NCBI GenBank assembly: GCA_030390025.1
Contig: JASTWF010000368.1
Span: 248,001-312,000, forward strand
Source of the DNA: Squalus acanthias
Taxonomy: Eukaryota
Direction of reading: 5' to 3'
DNA: 64,000 nucleotides
Shown: one piece after another, positions 25,992 through 39,033 of the stretch
How positions within the stretch are numbered: the stretch's first letter is position 1
How the letters are laid out: each line of letters starts with the position of its first letter
Notes under the pieces: generated by a model
Seen by the model: the letters and a program-made list of their open reading frames with translations, nothing else
Told to the model about the DNA's origin: nothing
Database searches by the model: none
Program-made: the position numbers and the translations under genes

Positions 25992-26049
25992 TCATTTCTT
26001 CTTCTTTGGTTTCAGTGCCTGCAGCCAAGTCGGGGTCGAGCTCTCTGAC
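25992..26049 (-). CDS. TNKS1BP1: TNKS1BP1 last coding exon (SESSTPTWLQALKPKKKK*)
   Basis: Matches the Tab182 C-terminus (SPNWLQALKLKKKK); CAG acceptor, phase 2; GTGAGT donor 12 nt after the stop. Confidence 0.92.
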
Positions 26050-26239
26050 CTGCTGGAGAGACGGAGGGCAAAGGGCAAAGGTCAGACGTTGATGAGACCC
26101 CCCAATGAGCGACACCAAGCGTCACCTGGGGGCGGGGTGCGGGGGGGGTGGGGGGAGTTACCTGGGTGGGGTGGCTGGGGGTGGGAGTGACGGGGCTGGG
26201 TGTGGGGGGAGCGGGTAGAGTGAACGGGGGCATGGAGAG

Positions 26240-26615
26240 TGGGAGGGAGTGACCGGGGACGTGGGTGGGGGGAGTGACCCGGGGGGCAGGGGTTGGGGTG
26301 GGGAGGGAGTGACCTGGGGGGCGGGGGTTGGGCTGGGGAGGGAGTGACCCGGGGGGCGGGGGTTGGGGTGGGGAGGGAGTGACCCGGGGGGCGGGGGTTG
26401 GGCTGGGGAGGGAGTGACCCGGGGGGCGGAGTTTGGGCTGGGGATGGAGTGACCCGGGGGGCGGGGGTTGGGGTGGGGAGGGAGTGACCCGGGGGGCGGA
26501 GGTTGGGCTGGGGATGGAGTGACCCGGGGGGCGGGGGTTGGGCTGGGGAGGGAGTGACCCGGGGGGCGGGGGTTGGGCTGGGGAGGGAGTGACCCGGGGG
26601 GCGGGTGGGGGTGGG
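26240..26615 (+). repeat. About 35-bp G-rich minisatellite with G-quadruplex potential
   Basis: GGAGTGACCCGGGGGGCGGGGGTTGGGGTGGGGAG, about 10 copies, four or more G-runs per unit. Confidence 0.85.
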
Positions 26616-26774
26616 ATGAGGGGGGAGTGACTGACCAGCGGGTGGAGGGAGTGACTTGGGGCGGGAGGTGGTGTGGTAGAGGGGGTAATATGGGGAACAG
26701 TAAGCGGGCATGGGGGGGGGGCAAAGAATCGGGGAGGAGATGAGGGGTGTACTGCAGAGGTTACCATACAGAGC

Positions 26775-27042
26775 ACAGAGGGAGAGAGAGAGAGTTAGAG
26801 ACAGAGAGAGAGATACAGAGAGAGACAGAAAGAGTGAGACAGAGAGACAGAGAGAGAGAGAAAGAGAAAGGCAGAGAGCGAGAGAGAGACAGAGACAGAG
26901 AGAGACAGAGACAGACAGACAGAGGGAGAGACACAGAGAGAGTGAGACAGTGAGAGTGAGAGAGAGCAAGAGAGAGAGAGAGCAAGAGAGAGAGAGAGAG
27001 AGCTCGCGTGTGAGAGAGAGACAGAGAGAGAGAGAGAGAGGG

Positions 27043-27081
<39 letters not shown>

Positions 27082-27216
27082 GTGAGAGAGAGTGAGAGCG
27101 AGAAAGAGACATAGAGAGAGAGAGACAGTGAGAGACAGAGAGCGAGAGAGAGTGAGAGACAGACAGAGAGTGAGAGAGAGAGTGAGAGACAGAGAGAGCG
27201 AGAGAGAGAGACAGAC

Positions 27217-27249
<33 letters not shown>

Positions 27250-27250
27250 T
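26775..27250. repeat. (AG)n/(AGAC) microsatellite
   Basis: Visible directly in the sequence. Confidence 0.95.
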
Positions 27251-27326
27251 TGCTGCAGGCAGGAGGAGCACTGTGAAAAGCCTCGTTGCCGATCTCTCTG
27301 ACTGGCACCAATTGGTCAGCACTTAC

Positions 27327-27481
27327 CCCTCGGTTTTGTCCGACTTTCCCGGCAGTACCTTGCGGAATGCCTGCCCAAGCTGTGACGGGAAGCGCAGGGA
27401 TTTAGAACGTTGCATTGGAGCCGCGGCCGGCTCCAGCTCCTCGCTCTCATTGGCCGATTTATTCCGCGACTTCATCCGTAT
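27327..27481 (-). CDS. TNKS1BP1: TNKS1BP1 coding exon (IRMKSRNKSANESEELEPAAAPMQRSKSLRFP...KSDKTEG)
   Basis: Similar to Tab182 KLRPRNRSAEE...QRSKS; TAG acceptor, GTAAGT donor; phase 0 to 2. Confidence 0.9.
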
Positions 27482-27489
27482 CTAGGGGA

Positions 27490-27682
27490 GGGAGAGAGAC
27501 AGAGAGAGAGAGAGAGAGAGACAGAGAGAGAGAGAGTGAGAGAGAGACAGAGAGAGAGACAGAGAGAGAGAGACAGAGAGAGAGAGACAGAGAGACAGAG
27601 AGACAGAGAGAGAGACAGAGAGAGAGTGAGAGAGAGACAGAGAGAGAGTGAGAGAGAGAGACAGAGAGAGAGTGAGAGAGAG

Positions 27683-27715
<33 letters not shown>

Positions 27716-27971
27716 GAGAGAGAGAGACAGAGAGAGAGACAGAGAGAGAGAGGGAGAGACAGAGAGAGAGAGAGACAGAGAGAGACAGAAGGAGAGACAG
27801 AGAGAGAGAGAGACACAGAGAGAGAGACAGAGAGAGAGACAGAGAGAGAGAGAGACAGAGAGAGAGAGAGACAGAGAGAGAGACAGAGAGAGAGACAGAG
27901 AGAGAGACAGAGAGAGAGACAGAGAGAGAGAGACAGAGAGAGAGAGACAGAGAGAGAGAGAGAGACAGAGA

Positions 27972-28027
<56 letters not shown>

Positions 28028-28199
28028 CAGAGGGGGAGAGAGACAGAGAGAGAGAGACAGAGAGAGAGAGACAGAGAGAGAGAGACAGTGAGAGAGAGAC
28101 AGTGAGAGAGACAGAGAGAGAGAGACAGAGAGAGAGACAGAGAGAGAGACAGGGAGAGAGAGACAGAGAGAGAGAGACAGAGAGAGAGAGAGAGACAGA

Positions 28200-28243
<44 letters not shown>

Positions 28244-28460
28244 GAGAGAGAGACAGAGGGGGAGAGAGACAGAGAGAGAGAGAGAGACAGAGAGAGAGAG
28301 ACAGTGAGAGAGAGACAGTGAGAGAGAGACAGTGAGAGAGAGACAGTGAGAGAGAGACAGTGAGAGAGAGACAGTGAGAGAGAGACAGTGAGAGAGAGAC
28401 AGTGAGAGAGACAGATAGAGAGAGAGAGAGAGACAGAGAGAGAGAGACAGGGAGAGACAG

Positions 28461-28494
<34 letters not shown>

Positions 28495-28649
28495 AGAGAG
28501 TGAGAGAGAGAGAGAGAGACAGAGAGAGAGAGAGAGACAGAGAGTGAGAGAGAGAGAGAGAGAGAGAGACAGAGGGGGAGAGAGACAGACAGAGAGAGAC
28601 AGAGAGAGCGAGAGACAGTGGGGGAGAGACAGAGAGAGGGAGAGACAGA

Positions 28650-28711
<62 letters not shown>

Positions 28712-28827
28712 CAGAGGGGGAGAGAGACAGAGAGAGAGAGACAGAGGGGGAGAGACAGAGAGAGAGAGAGACAGAGAGAGAGAGACAGAGAGAGCGAGAG
28801 AGACAGAGAGAGAGACAGAGAGAGACA

Positions 28828-28859
<32 letters not shown>

Positions 28860-28928
28860 CAGAGAGAGAGAGACAGAGAGAGAGAGAGACAGAGAGAGAG
28901 ACAGAGAGAGAGAGTCAGAGAGAGAGAT

Positions 28929-28979
<51 letters not shown>

Positions 28980-29192
28980 GACAGAGAGAGTGAGATAGAG
29001 AGAGAGAGAGACAGAGAGAGTGACAGAGAGAGAGAGAGACAGAGAGAGAGAGAGCGAGAGAGACGGAGAGAGCGAGAGAGACGGAGAGGGAGAGAGAGAC
29101 AGAGGGGGAGAGAGACAGAGGGGGAGAGAGACAGAGAGAGAGAGAGAGACAGAGAGAGAGAGACAGAGAGATAGAGCGAGAGAGAGAGAGAC

Positions 29193-29224
<32 letters not shown>

Positions 29225-29313
29225 GGGGAGAGAGACAGAGAGAGAGAGAGAGACAGAGAGAGAGAGACAGAGAGAGAGAGAGACAGAGAGACAGAGAGAG
29301 AGACAGAGAGACA

Positions 29314-29345
<32 letters not shown>

Positions 29346-29575
29346 CAGAGAGAGAGAGACAGAGAGAGAGATAGATAGAGAGAGCGAGAGACAGAGAGAG
29401 AGAGACAGTGAGAGAGACAGAGAGACAGAGAGAGACAGACAGAGAGAGAGCGAGAGAGACAGAGAGAGGAATGAGTTAGCGAGAGACAGAGAGAGAGACA
29501 GAGAGAGAGAGACAGTGAGAGAGAGAGAGAGACAGAGAGAGACAGACAGAGAGAGAGCGAGAGAGACAGAGAGAG
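27490..29575. repeat. 2.1-kb (AG)n/(AGAC) purine tract
   Basis: Visible directly in the sequence. Confidence 0.95.
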
Positions 29576-29594
29576 GAATGGAGAGTTGGGGAAA

Positions 29595-32500
29595 GAGATG
29601 GAGCGAAGGTGGAGAGATGGAGAGAAGGTGGCAAGATGGAACGAAGGTGGAGAGATGGACAGAAGGTGGAGAGATGGACAGAAGGTGGAGAGATGGACAG
29701 AAGGTGGAGCGATGGAGAGAAGGTGGAGCGAAGGTGGCGAGATGGAGCGAAGGTGGAGCGATGGAGAGAAGGTGGAGTGAAGGTGGAGAGATGGAGCGAA
29801 GGTGGCGAGGTGGAGAGATGCAGCGAAGGTGGAGTTAAGGAGAGAAGATGAAGGTGGAGAGATGGAGAGCAGGTGGAGAGATGGAGAGCAGGTGGAGAGA
29901 TGGAGAGCAGGTGGCGAGATGGAGAGCAGGTGGAGAGATGGAGAGCAGGTGGAGAGATGGAGGTAAGGTGGAGAGATGGAGAGCAGGTGGAGAGATGGAG
30001 GTAAGGTGGAGAGATGGAGAGCAAGTGGAGAGATGGAGAGCAGGTGGAGAGATGGAGAGCAGGTGGAGAGATGGAGAGCAGGTGGAGAGATGGAGAGCAG
30101 GTGGAGAGATGGAGAGCAGGTGGAGAGATGGAGGTAAGGTGGAGAGATGGAGAGCAGGTGGAGAGATGGAGGTAAGGTGGAGAGATGGAGAGCAAGTGGA
30201 GAGATGGAGAGCAGGTGGAGAGATGGAGAGCAGGTGGAGAGATGGAGAGCAGGTGGCGAGATGGAGAGCAGGTGGAGAGATGGAGAGCAGGTGGCGAGAT
30301 GGAGAGCAGGTGGAGAGATGGAGGTAAGGTGGAGAGATGGAGAGCAGGTGGAGAGATGGAGGTAAGGTGGAGAGATGGAGAGCAAGTGGAGAGATGGAGA
30401 GCAGGTGGAGAGATGGAGAGCAGGTGGAGAGATGGAGAGCAGGTGGAGAGATGGAGAGCAGGTGGCGAGATGGAGAGCAGGTGGAGAGATGGAGAGCAGG
30501 TGGAGAGATGGAGGTAAGGTGGAGAGATGGAGAGCAGGTGGAGAGATGGAGGTAAGGTGGAGAGATGGAGAGCAAGTGGAGAGATGGAGAGCAGGTGGAG
30601 AGATGGAGAGCAGGTGGAGAGATGGAGAGCAGGTGGAGAGATGGAGAGCAGGTGGAGAGATGGAGAGCAGGTGGAGAGATGGAGAGCAGGTGGAGAGATG
30701 GAGAGCAGGTGGAGAGATGGAGAGCAGGTGGAGAGATGGTGAGAAGGTGGAGAGATGGAGAGATGGAGAGCAGGTGGAGAGATGGAGGTAAGGTGGAGAG
30801 ATGGAGGTAATTTGGAGAGATGGAGAGCAGGTGGAGAGATGGAGAGCAGGTGGAGAGATGGAGAGCAGGTGGAGAGATGGAGAGCAGGTGGAGAGATGGA
30901 GAGCAGGTGGAGAGATGGAGAGCAGGTGGAGAGATGGAGAGAAGGTGGAGAGATGGAGAGCAGGTGGAGAGATGGAGAGCAGGTGGAGAGATGGAGAGAA
31001 GGTGGAGAGAAGATGGAGAGCAGGTGGAGAGAAGATGGAGAGCAGGTGGAGAGATGGAGGTAAGGTGGAGAGATGGTAAGAAGGTGGAGAGATGGAGAGC
31101 AGGTGGAAAGATGGTGAGAAGGTGGAGAGATGGAGAGCAGGTGGAGAGATGGTGAGAAGGTGGAGAGATGGAGAGCAGGTGGAGAGATGGTGAGAAGGTG
31201 GAGAGATGGTGAGAAGGTGGAGAGATGGAGAGCAGGTGGAGAGATGGTGAGAAGGTGGAGAGATGGAGAGAAGGTGGAGAGATGGAGAGCAGGTGGAAAG
31301 ATGGTGAGAAGGTGGAGAGATGGAGAGAAGGTGGAGAGAAGGTGGAGAGATGGAGAGCAGGTGGAGAGATGGAGAGAAGGTGGAGAGATGGAGAGCAGGT
31401 GGAGAGATGGAGAGAAGGTGGAGAGATGGTGAGAAGGTGGAGAGATGGAGAGATGGAGAGCAGGTGGAGAGATGGTGAGAAGGTGAGGTGGAGAGATGGA
31501 GAGAAGGTGGAGTTAAGGAGAGAAGATGAAGGTGGAGAGATGGAGAGCAGGTGGCGAGATGGAGAGCAGGTGGAGAGATGGAGAGCAGGTGGAGAGATGG
31601 AGAGAAGGTGGAGAGATGGAGAGCAAGTGGAGAGATGGAGAGCAGGTGGAGAGATGGAGGTAAGGTGGAGAGATGGAGAGCAAGTGGAGAGATGGAGAGC
31701 AGGTGGAGAGATGGAGAGCAGGTGGAGAGATGGAGAGCAGGTGGAGAGATGGAGAGCAGGTGGAGAGATGGAGAGCAGGTGGAGAGATGGAGAGCAGGTG
31801 GAGAGATGGAGAGCAGGTGGAGAGATGGTGAGAAGGTGGAGAGATGGAGAGATGGAGAGCAGGTGGAGAGATGGAGGTAAGGTGGAGAGATGGAGGTAAT
31901 TTGGAGAGATGGAGAGCAGGTGGAGAGATGGAGAGCAGGTGGAGAGATGGAGAGCAGGTGGAGAGATGGAGAGAAGGTGGAGAGATGGAGAGCAGGTGGA
32001 GAGATGGAGAGCAGGTGGAGAGATGGAGAGCAGGTGGAGAGATGGAGAGAAGGTGGAGAGAAGATGGAGAGCAGGTGGAGAGAAGATGGAGAGCAGGTGG
32101 AGAGATGGAGGTAAGGTGGAGAGATGGTAAGAAGGTGGAGAGATGGAGAGCAGGTGGAAAGATGGTGAGAAGGTGGAGAGATGGAGAGCAGGTGGAGAGA
32201 TGGTGAGAAGGTGGAGAGATGGAGAGCAGGTGGAGAGATGGTGAGAAGGTGGAGAGATGGTGAGAAGGTGGAGAGATGGAGAGCAGGTGGAGAGATGGTG
32301 AGAAGGTGGAGAGATGGAGAGAAGGTGGAGAGATGGAGAGCAGGTGGAAAGATGGTGAGAAGGTGGAGAGATGGAGAGAAGGTGGAGAGAAGGTGGAGAG
32401 ATGGAGAGCAGGTGGAGAGATGGAGAGAAGGTGGAGAGATGGAGAGCAGGTGGAGAGATGGAGAGAAGGTGGAGAGATGGTGAGAAGGTGGAGAGATGGA

Positions 32501-32925
32501 GAGATGGAGAGCAGGTGGAGAGATGGTGAGAAGGTGGAGAGATGGAGAGCAGGTGGAGAGATGGAGAGCAGGTGGAGAGATGGAGAGCAGGTGGAAAGAA
32601 GATGGAGAGATGGAGAGCAGGTGGAGAGATGGAGAGCAGGTGGAAAGATGGAGAGCAGGTGGAGAGATGGAGAGCAGGTGGAGAGAAGATGGAGAGATGG
32701 AGAGCAGGTGGAGAGATGGAGAGCAGGTGGAGAGGTGGAGAGATGGAGAGCAGGTGGAGAGATGGAGAGCAGGTGGAGAGGTGGAGAGATGGAGAGCAGG
32801 TGGAGAGATGGAGAGCAGGTGGAGAGGTGGAGAGATGGAGAGCAGGTGGAGAGATGGTGAGCAGGTGGAGAGATGGAGAGAAGGTGGAGAGATGGAGGTA
32901 AGGTGGAGAGATGGAGAGAAGGTGT
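29595..32925. repeat. 19-bp purine-rich minisatellite GGAGAGATGGAGAGCAGGT, about 170 copies
   Basis: Tandem periodicity; internal duplication at about 1.05-1.09 kb offset. Confidence 0.95.
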
Positions 32926-32982
32926 TAATGGCATGAACCAGTTTATCAGAAGTTGACCATGTTTGAAGGAATATTGACCGAC

Positions 32983-33122
32983 CTTGAAGGACGAGTCCAC
33001 CCCGGGGAAGAGCTGGACCCTCCGGCCGGGCGAAGTCACCTTGGAGGTCGTCGCCTCCAACCGTCGTGTCTTCGCCTCATCGTGCTCCTCATCCGAGTGA
33101 TTCGCTCGGCGCGGCCGGGGCT
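32983..33122 (-). CDS. TNKS1BP1: TNKS1BP1 coding exon (EPRPRRANHSDEE...RVQLFPGVDSSFK)
   Basis: Similar to Tab182 EPRASRVPSSDEE...KVNLFPG; phase 1 to 0. Confidence 0.9.
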
Positions 33123-33268
33123 CTGCAGACAACACACGAGGTTCAGTGAGGGTTCAGTGCCCCTTTTTCCCAATATCTCCATACACACTCACACACACAC
33201 AGTACCTCTTCCCCCCCATACACAACACACACACCCAAACACACAATGCCCCTTCCCCCGCTCTGTAC

Positions 33269-33419
33269 CTGTGGAATCACGGAACATCCAGGACTCGCTG
33301 CTGATCCCAGACTCACCCCCGGAGCGGACATGTGGGTGTGTGACGGGAGCACGGTGCCCTCGCTTGCGGTTCAGCTCCACGCGGGTACGGTGGGCACTAC
33401 TGTCCAGCATCGAGGTGTC
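33269..33419 (-). CDS. TNKS1BP1: TNKS1BP1 coding exon (DTSMLDSSAHRTRVELNRKRGHRAPV...WMFRDST)
   Basis: Tankyrase-binding-protein C-terminal domain signature LDS...RKRGHRAP; phase 0 to 1. Confidence 0.93.
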
Positions 33420-33454
33420 CTGTCGGCAGAGAGACGTGTGGAGGTGAAAGATCG

Positions 33455-34325
33455 CCCTCAGTACCGCCCCTCCGACAGTGCAGCGCTCCCTCAGTACTGC
33501 CCCCCTCCGACAGTGCTGCGCTCCCTCAGTACTGCCCCTCCGACAGTGCAGCGCTCCCTCAGTACTGCCCCTCCGACAGTGAAGTGCTCCCTCAGTACTG
33601 TCCCTCCGACAGTGCGGCGCCCCCTCAGTACTGCCCCTCCGACAGTGTAGCACTCCCTCAGTACTGCCCCTCCGACAGTGCAGCACTCCCTCAGTACTGC
33701 CCCTCCACCAGTGCAGCACTCCCTCAGTACTGCCCCTCCAACAGTGGAGCGCTCCCTCAGTACTGCCCTTCCGACAGTGCAGTGCTCCCTCAGTACTGAC
33801 CCTCCGACAGTGCGGTGCTCCCTCAGTACTGCCCCTCCGACAGTGCGGCGCTCCCTCAGTACTGCCCCTCCAACAGTGCAGCGGAGAGCTCCCTCAGTAC
33901 TGCCCCTCCAACAGTGCAGCACTCCCTCAGTACTGCCCCTCCGACAGTGCAGCACTCCCTCAGTACTGCTCTCCCGCAGTACTGACCCTCCAACAGTGCA
34001 GCACTCCCTCAGTACTGACCCTCCAACAGTGCAGCACTCCCTCAGTACTGACCCTCCGACAGTGCAGCGCTCCCTCAGTACTGCCCCTCCGACAGTGCAG
34101 CGCTCCCTCAGTACTGCCTCTCCGACAGTGCGGCGCTCCCTCAGTACTGCCCCCCTGACAGTGCAGCGTTCCCTCAGTACTGCCCCTCCGACAGTGCAGC
34201 GCTCCCTCAGTACTGCTCCTCCGACTGTCCAGCGCTCCCTCAGTACTGCCCCTCCGACAGTGCAGCGCTCCCTCAGTACTGCTCCTCCGACAGTGCGGCG
34301 CTCCCTCAGTACGGCCACTCTGACA
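33455..34325. repeat. 33-bp SINE-derived minisatellite filling an intron, about 26 copies
   Basis: Same unit as 23941-25750. Confidence 0.92.
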
Positions 34326-34334
34326 GTCACTCAC

Positions 34335-34581
34335 CTCCAAGAAAGAGAAGTCGAGTTTCTCAGTTTCTGCGCTGTGTGTGGACGGACTCTCTGGTTCCTC
34401 GTGCAGGGGCGAGGAGGGCTCGGTCTCCTCCTGTGCCTCTGCCAGACTCCCCTCACCCCTGCCCGCTTGCTCGCCAGTGAGACGTCCTGCGGAGTCCGTG
34501 TCGCTTCTGTCACTCGTCCCGCCGTCCCGCTCCAGGTCAGAGGTCGATGGTCCCGCCTCCTCTTGGGTCAGAGAGCGGGTG
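34335..34581 (-). CDS. TNKS1BP1: TNKS1BP1 coding exon (STRSLTQEEAGP...TEKLDFSFLE)
   Basis: DFSFLE matches Tab182 DFSFIE; tttgcAG acceptor, GTGAGT donor; phase 2 to 0. Confidence 0.9.
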
Positions 34582-34659
34582 CTGCAAAGGATGGTGGGAG
34601 ACGCATCAGTAGCGGTCAAGAGAAACGCAGAGTGATTCCCCAACACACATCTCAAACAT

Positions 34660-37232
34660 CTGACGGAGAGACTCCCTCTTTAAACAGGGTCCCTGACGGA
34701 GAGACTCCCTCTTTAAACAGGGTCCCTGATGGAGAGACTCCCTCTTTAAACAGGGTCCCTGATGGAGAGACTCCCTCTTTAAACAGGGTCCCTGATGGAG
34801 AGACTCCCTCTTTAAACAGGGTCCCTGACGGAGAGACTCCCTCTTTAAACAGGGTCCCTGAAGGAGAGACTCCCTTTTTAAACAGGGTCCATGACGGAGA
34901 GACTCCCTCTTTAAACAGGGTCCCTGACGGAGAGACTCCCTCTTTAAACAGGGTCCCTGACGGAGAGACACCCTCTTTAAACAGGGTCCCTGACGGAGAG
35001 ACTCCCTCTTTAAACAGGGTCTCTGATGGAGAGACTCCCTCTTTAAACAGGGTCCCTGACGGAGAGACTCCCTCTTTAAACAGGGTCCCTGATGGAGAGA
35101 ATCCTTCTTTAAACAGGGTCCCTGACGGAGAGACTCCCTCTTTAAACAGGGTCCCTGACGGAGAGACTCCCTCTTTAAACAGGGTCCCTGACGGAGAGAC
35201 TCCCTCTTTAAACAGGGTCCCTGGATGGAGAGACTCCCTCTTTAAACAGGGTCCCTGAGGGAGAGACTCCCTCTTTAAACAGCGTCCCTGATGGAGAGAC
35301 TCCCTCTTTAAAAGGGTCCCTGACGGACAGACTCCCACTTTAAACAGTGTCCCTGATGGAGAGACTCCCTCTTTGAACAGGGTCTTTGATGGAGAGACTC
35401 CCTCTTTAAACAGGGTCCCTGATGGAGAGACTCCCTCTTTAAACAGGGTCTCTGACGGAGAGACTCCCTCTTTAAACAGGGTCCCTGACGGAGAGACTCC
35501 CTCTTTAAACAGGAACCCTGACGGAGAGACTCCCTCTTTAAACAGGGTCTCTGATGGAGAGACTCCCTCTTTAAACAGGGTCCCTGACGGAGAGACTCCC
35601 TCTTTAAACAGGGTCCCTGATGGAGAGACTCCCTCTTTAAACAGTGTCCCTGACGGAGAGACTCCCTCTTTAAACAGGGTCTTTGATGGAGAGACTCCCT
35701 CTTTAAACAGGGTCCCTGATGGAGAGACTCCCTCTTTAAACAGGGTCTCTGACGGAGAGACTCCCTCTTTAAACAGGAACCCTGACGGAGAGACTCCCTC
35801 TTTAAACAGGGTCCCTGACGGAGAGACTCCCTCTTTAAACAGGGTCCCTGACGGAGAGACTCCCTCTTTAAACAGGGTCCCTGACGGAGAGACTCCCTCT
35901 TTAAACAGTGTCCCTGACGGAGAGACTCCCTCTTTAAACAGGGTCCCTGACGGAGAGACTCCCTCTTTAAACAGTGTCCCTGACGGAGAGACTCCCTCTT
36001 TAAACAGGGTCCCTGACGGAGAGTCTCCCCCTTTAAACAGGTACCTGATGGAGAGACTCCCTCTTTAAACAGGGTCCCTGACGGAGAGACTCCCTCTTTA
36101 AACAGGGTCACTGACGGAGAGACTCCCTCTTTAAACAGGGTCTCTGACGGAGAGACTCTCTCTTTAAACAGGGTCCCTGATGGAGAGACTCCCTCTTTAA
36201 ACAGGGTCTCTGACGGAGAAACTCCCTCTTTAAACAGATACCCTGATGGAGAGACTCCCTCTTTAAACAGGGTCCCTGACGGAGAGACTCTCTCTTTAAA
36301 CAGGGTCCCTGACGGAGAGACTCCCTCTTTAAACAGGGTCCCTGATGGAGAGACTCCCTCTTTAAACAGGGTCTCTGACGGAGAAACTCCCTCTTTAAAC
36401 AGATACCCTGACGGAGAGACTCCCTCTTTAAACAGGGTCCCTGATGGAGAGACTCCCTCTTTAAACAGGGTCCCTGATGGAGAGACTCCCTCTTTAAACA
36501 GGGTCCCTGACGGAGAGACTCCCTCTTTAAACAGTGTCCCTGAGGGAGAGACTCCCTCTTTAAACAGGGTCCCTGACGGAGAGACTCCCTCTTTAAACAG
36601 GATCCCTGACGGAGAGACTCCCTCTTTAAACAGGGTCCCTGATGGAGAGACTCCCTCTTTAAACAGGATCCCTGACGGAGAGACTCCCTCTTTAAACAGT
36701 GTCCCTGACGGAGAGACTCCCTTTTTAAACAGGGTCCCTGATGGAGAGACTCCCTCTTTAAACAGGGTCCCTGACGGAGAGACTCCCTCTTTAAACAGTG
36801 TCCCTGAGGGAGAGACTCCCTCTTTAAACAGGGTCCCTGACGGAGAGACTCCCTCTTTAAACAGGATCCCTGACGGAGAGACTCCCTTTTTAAACAGGGT
36901 CCCTGATGGAGAGACTCCCTCTTTAAACAGGATCCCTGACGGAGAGACTCCCTCTTTAAACAGGGTCCCAGATGGAGAGACTCCCTCTTTAAACAGGATC
37001 CCTGACGGAGAGACTCCCTTTTTAAACAGGGTCCCTGATGGAGAGACTCCCTCTTTAAACAGGGTCCCTGATGGAGAGAGTCCCTCTTTAAACAGGGTCC
37101 CTGATGGAGAGACTCCCTCTTTAAACAGGGTCCCTGACGGAGAGACTCCCTCTTTAAACAGGGTCCCTGACGGAGAGACTCCCTCTTTAAACAGGGTCCC
37201 TGACGGAGAGACTCCCTCGTTAAACAGGGTCC
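34660..37232. repeat. 33-bp minisatellite CTGACGGAGAGACTCCCTCTTTAAACAGGGTCC, about 78 copies
   Basis: Tandem periodicity; the array resumes at 45139 after the insertions. Confidence 0.95.
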
Positions 37233-38068
37233 GTGGACGGAGTCGGCAGCACCGGAGGCGATGGTACAAATCCGACAAATTCCAAAGAACAGCAAAAAAC
37301 AAGGAGTGATGTCACACAGTAGGTCGATGATTGGTGGGTGAGTACTAACGTTTTTTTTCTCGAACTATAAATAATCATTTGAATCAAGACTTTAACTAAA
37401 GGAGCAAGTGAACTGGCTGAAGATACAGGTAGGCTCGACTTGTAAGACTTACTCTTAAGTTTATTTCTGTAAGTTAGTTAATAGTCTATTCAACAGAGGC
37501 ATGGCAGGGCACCTCAGTCCCATGGAATGCACATCCTGTGCCGTGTGGGGACTCCAGGATGTTTCCCGTGTGCAGGAGGTGTCGTCAGCTGGAGGAGATC
37601 GAGCTCCGGGTTTCAGAGCTTGAGCAGCCGCTGGGCGTCACTGCGGTGCATCCGCGAGGCTGAGAGCTTCATGGCTAGCGCGTTTCAGGAGGTGGTCACC
37701 CCGCAGCCCAAGAGTGCGCAGGCAGAGAGGGAATGGGTGACCGCCAGACACACACGGAGGACCAGGCAGGTTGTGCAGGAGTCCCCCTGAGTGCATCTCG
37801 CTCTCTAACCGGTGGGGGGCGATGGTTCCTCTGGGGAGAGCAGCCAGAGCCAAGTCCACGGCTGGTTCAGCTGTACGGTGGGGGGAGGAGGAAGATCGGG
37901 AATAGATAGGCGTTTCTGCGGCCGCAGACGTGATTGGTATGTTGTCTCCCTGGTGCCAGGGTCAAGGATGTCACTGAGCGGCTGCAGAACATTCTGAGGG
38001 GTGGGGGTGGGGGGGGAGGTAAACAGCCAGAGGTCATGGTCCATATCGGTATCAATGACATAGGTAGA

Positions 38069-38240
38069 AACATAGAAACATAGAAAATAGGTACAGGAGT
38101 AGACCATTCGGTCCTTCGAGCCTGCACCGCCATTCAATGCGTTCATGGCTGAACATGCTACCTCAGTACCCCATTCCTGCTTTCTCGCCATACCCCTTGA
38201 TCCCCCTAGTTGTGAGTGTTATATCTAACTCCCTTTTGAA
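38069..38240 (-). mobile_element. Short CR1 3' end nested in ORF1
   Basis: (CATAGAAA)n tail and CR1 3'UTR. Confidence 0.8.
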
Positions 38241-38370
38241 AGAGGGACGAGTTCCTGCAGGCAGACTACAGGGAGCTAGGAGAGAGAGTAACAAGCAGGA
38301 CCTCAAAGGCAGTAATCTCCAGATTACTCCCGGTGCCACGAGCTGGTGAGTACAGAAATAGGAGGATCGA

Positions 38371-39033
38371 GCAGAAGAAGGCAAATGGTATGTTGGCCTT
38401 CATAGCGAAAGGGTTTGAGTATAGGAACAGGGATGTCCTGCTGCAGTTGTACAGGGCCTTGGTGAGACCACACCTTAAGTACTGTGTGCAGTTTTGGTCG
38501 CCTTATCTGAGGAAGGATGTTCTTGCCATGGAAGGAGTTCAGCGAAGATTCACAAGGCTGATACCTGGGATGGCAGGATAGACGTATGAGGAGAGATTGG
38601 GTCGATTGGGCTAATACTCGCTGGAGTATAGAAGAATGAGAGGGGATCTCATCGAAACATATAAAATTCTGACAGGTCTGGACAAACTAGATGCAGGAAG
38701 AATGTTCCCGATGGTCGGATAGTCCAGAACCAGGGGTCATAATCTAAGGATCAGGGGTAAGCCATTTAGGACTGAGATGAGGAGGAATTTCTTCACCCAG
38801 AGAGTGGTGAACCTGTGGAATTCTCTACCACAGAAGGTAGTTGAGGCCAAGTCAGTAAATATATTCAAGAAGGAGTTAGATATATTTCTTAAAGCTAAAG
38901 GTATCAAGGGATATGGGGAGAAGGCAGGGACAGGGTACTGAGTTTGGATGATCAGCCATGATCCCTTCGAATGGCGGAGCAGGCTCGAGGGACCGAATGG
39001 CCTACTCCTGCTCCTATCTTCTATGTTTCTATG
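38371..39033 (+). mobile_element. 5'-truncated CR1 nested in ORF1
   Basis: KKANGMLAFI...[15 protein letters not shown]; ctatgtttctatg tail. Confidence 0.85.

Noticed and set aside
27410..33135. Long RE/SL/ERWR-rich ORFs
   Set aside because: Translations of microsatellites and minisatellites; only the 32983-33122 part and the exon ending at 27481 are real exons.
34652..37302. (NRVPDGETPSL)n ORFs resembling tankyrase-binding RxxPDG arrays
   Set aside because: Spacing is RxPDG rather than RxxPDG; antisense and intronic, with no splice support and frequent frame breaks.
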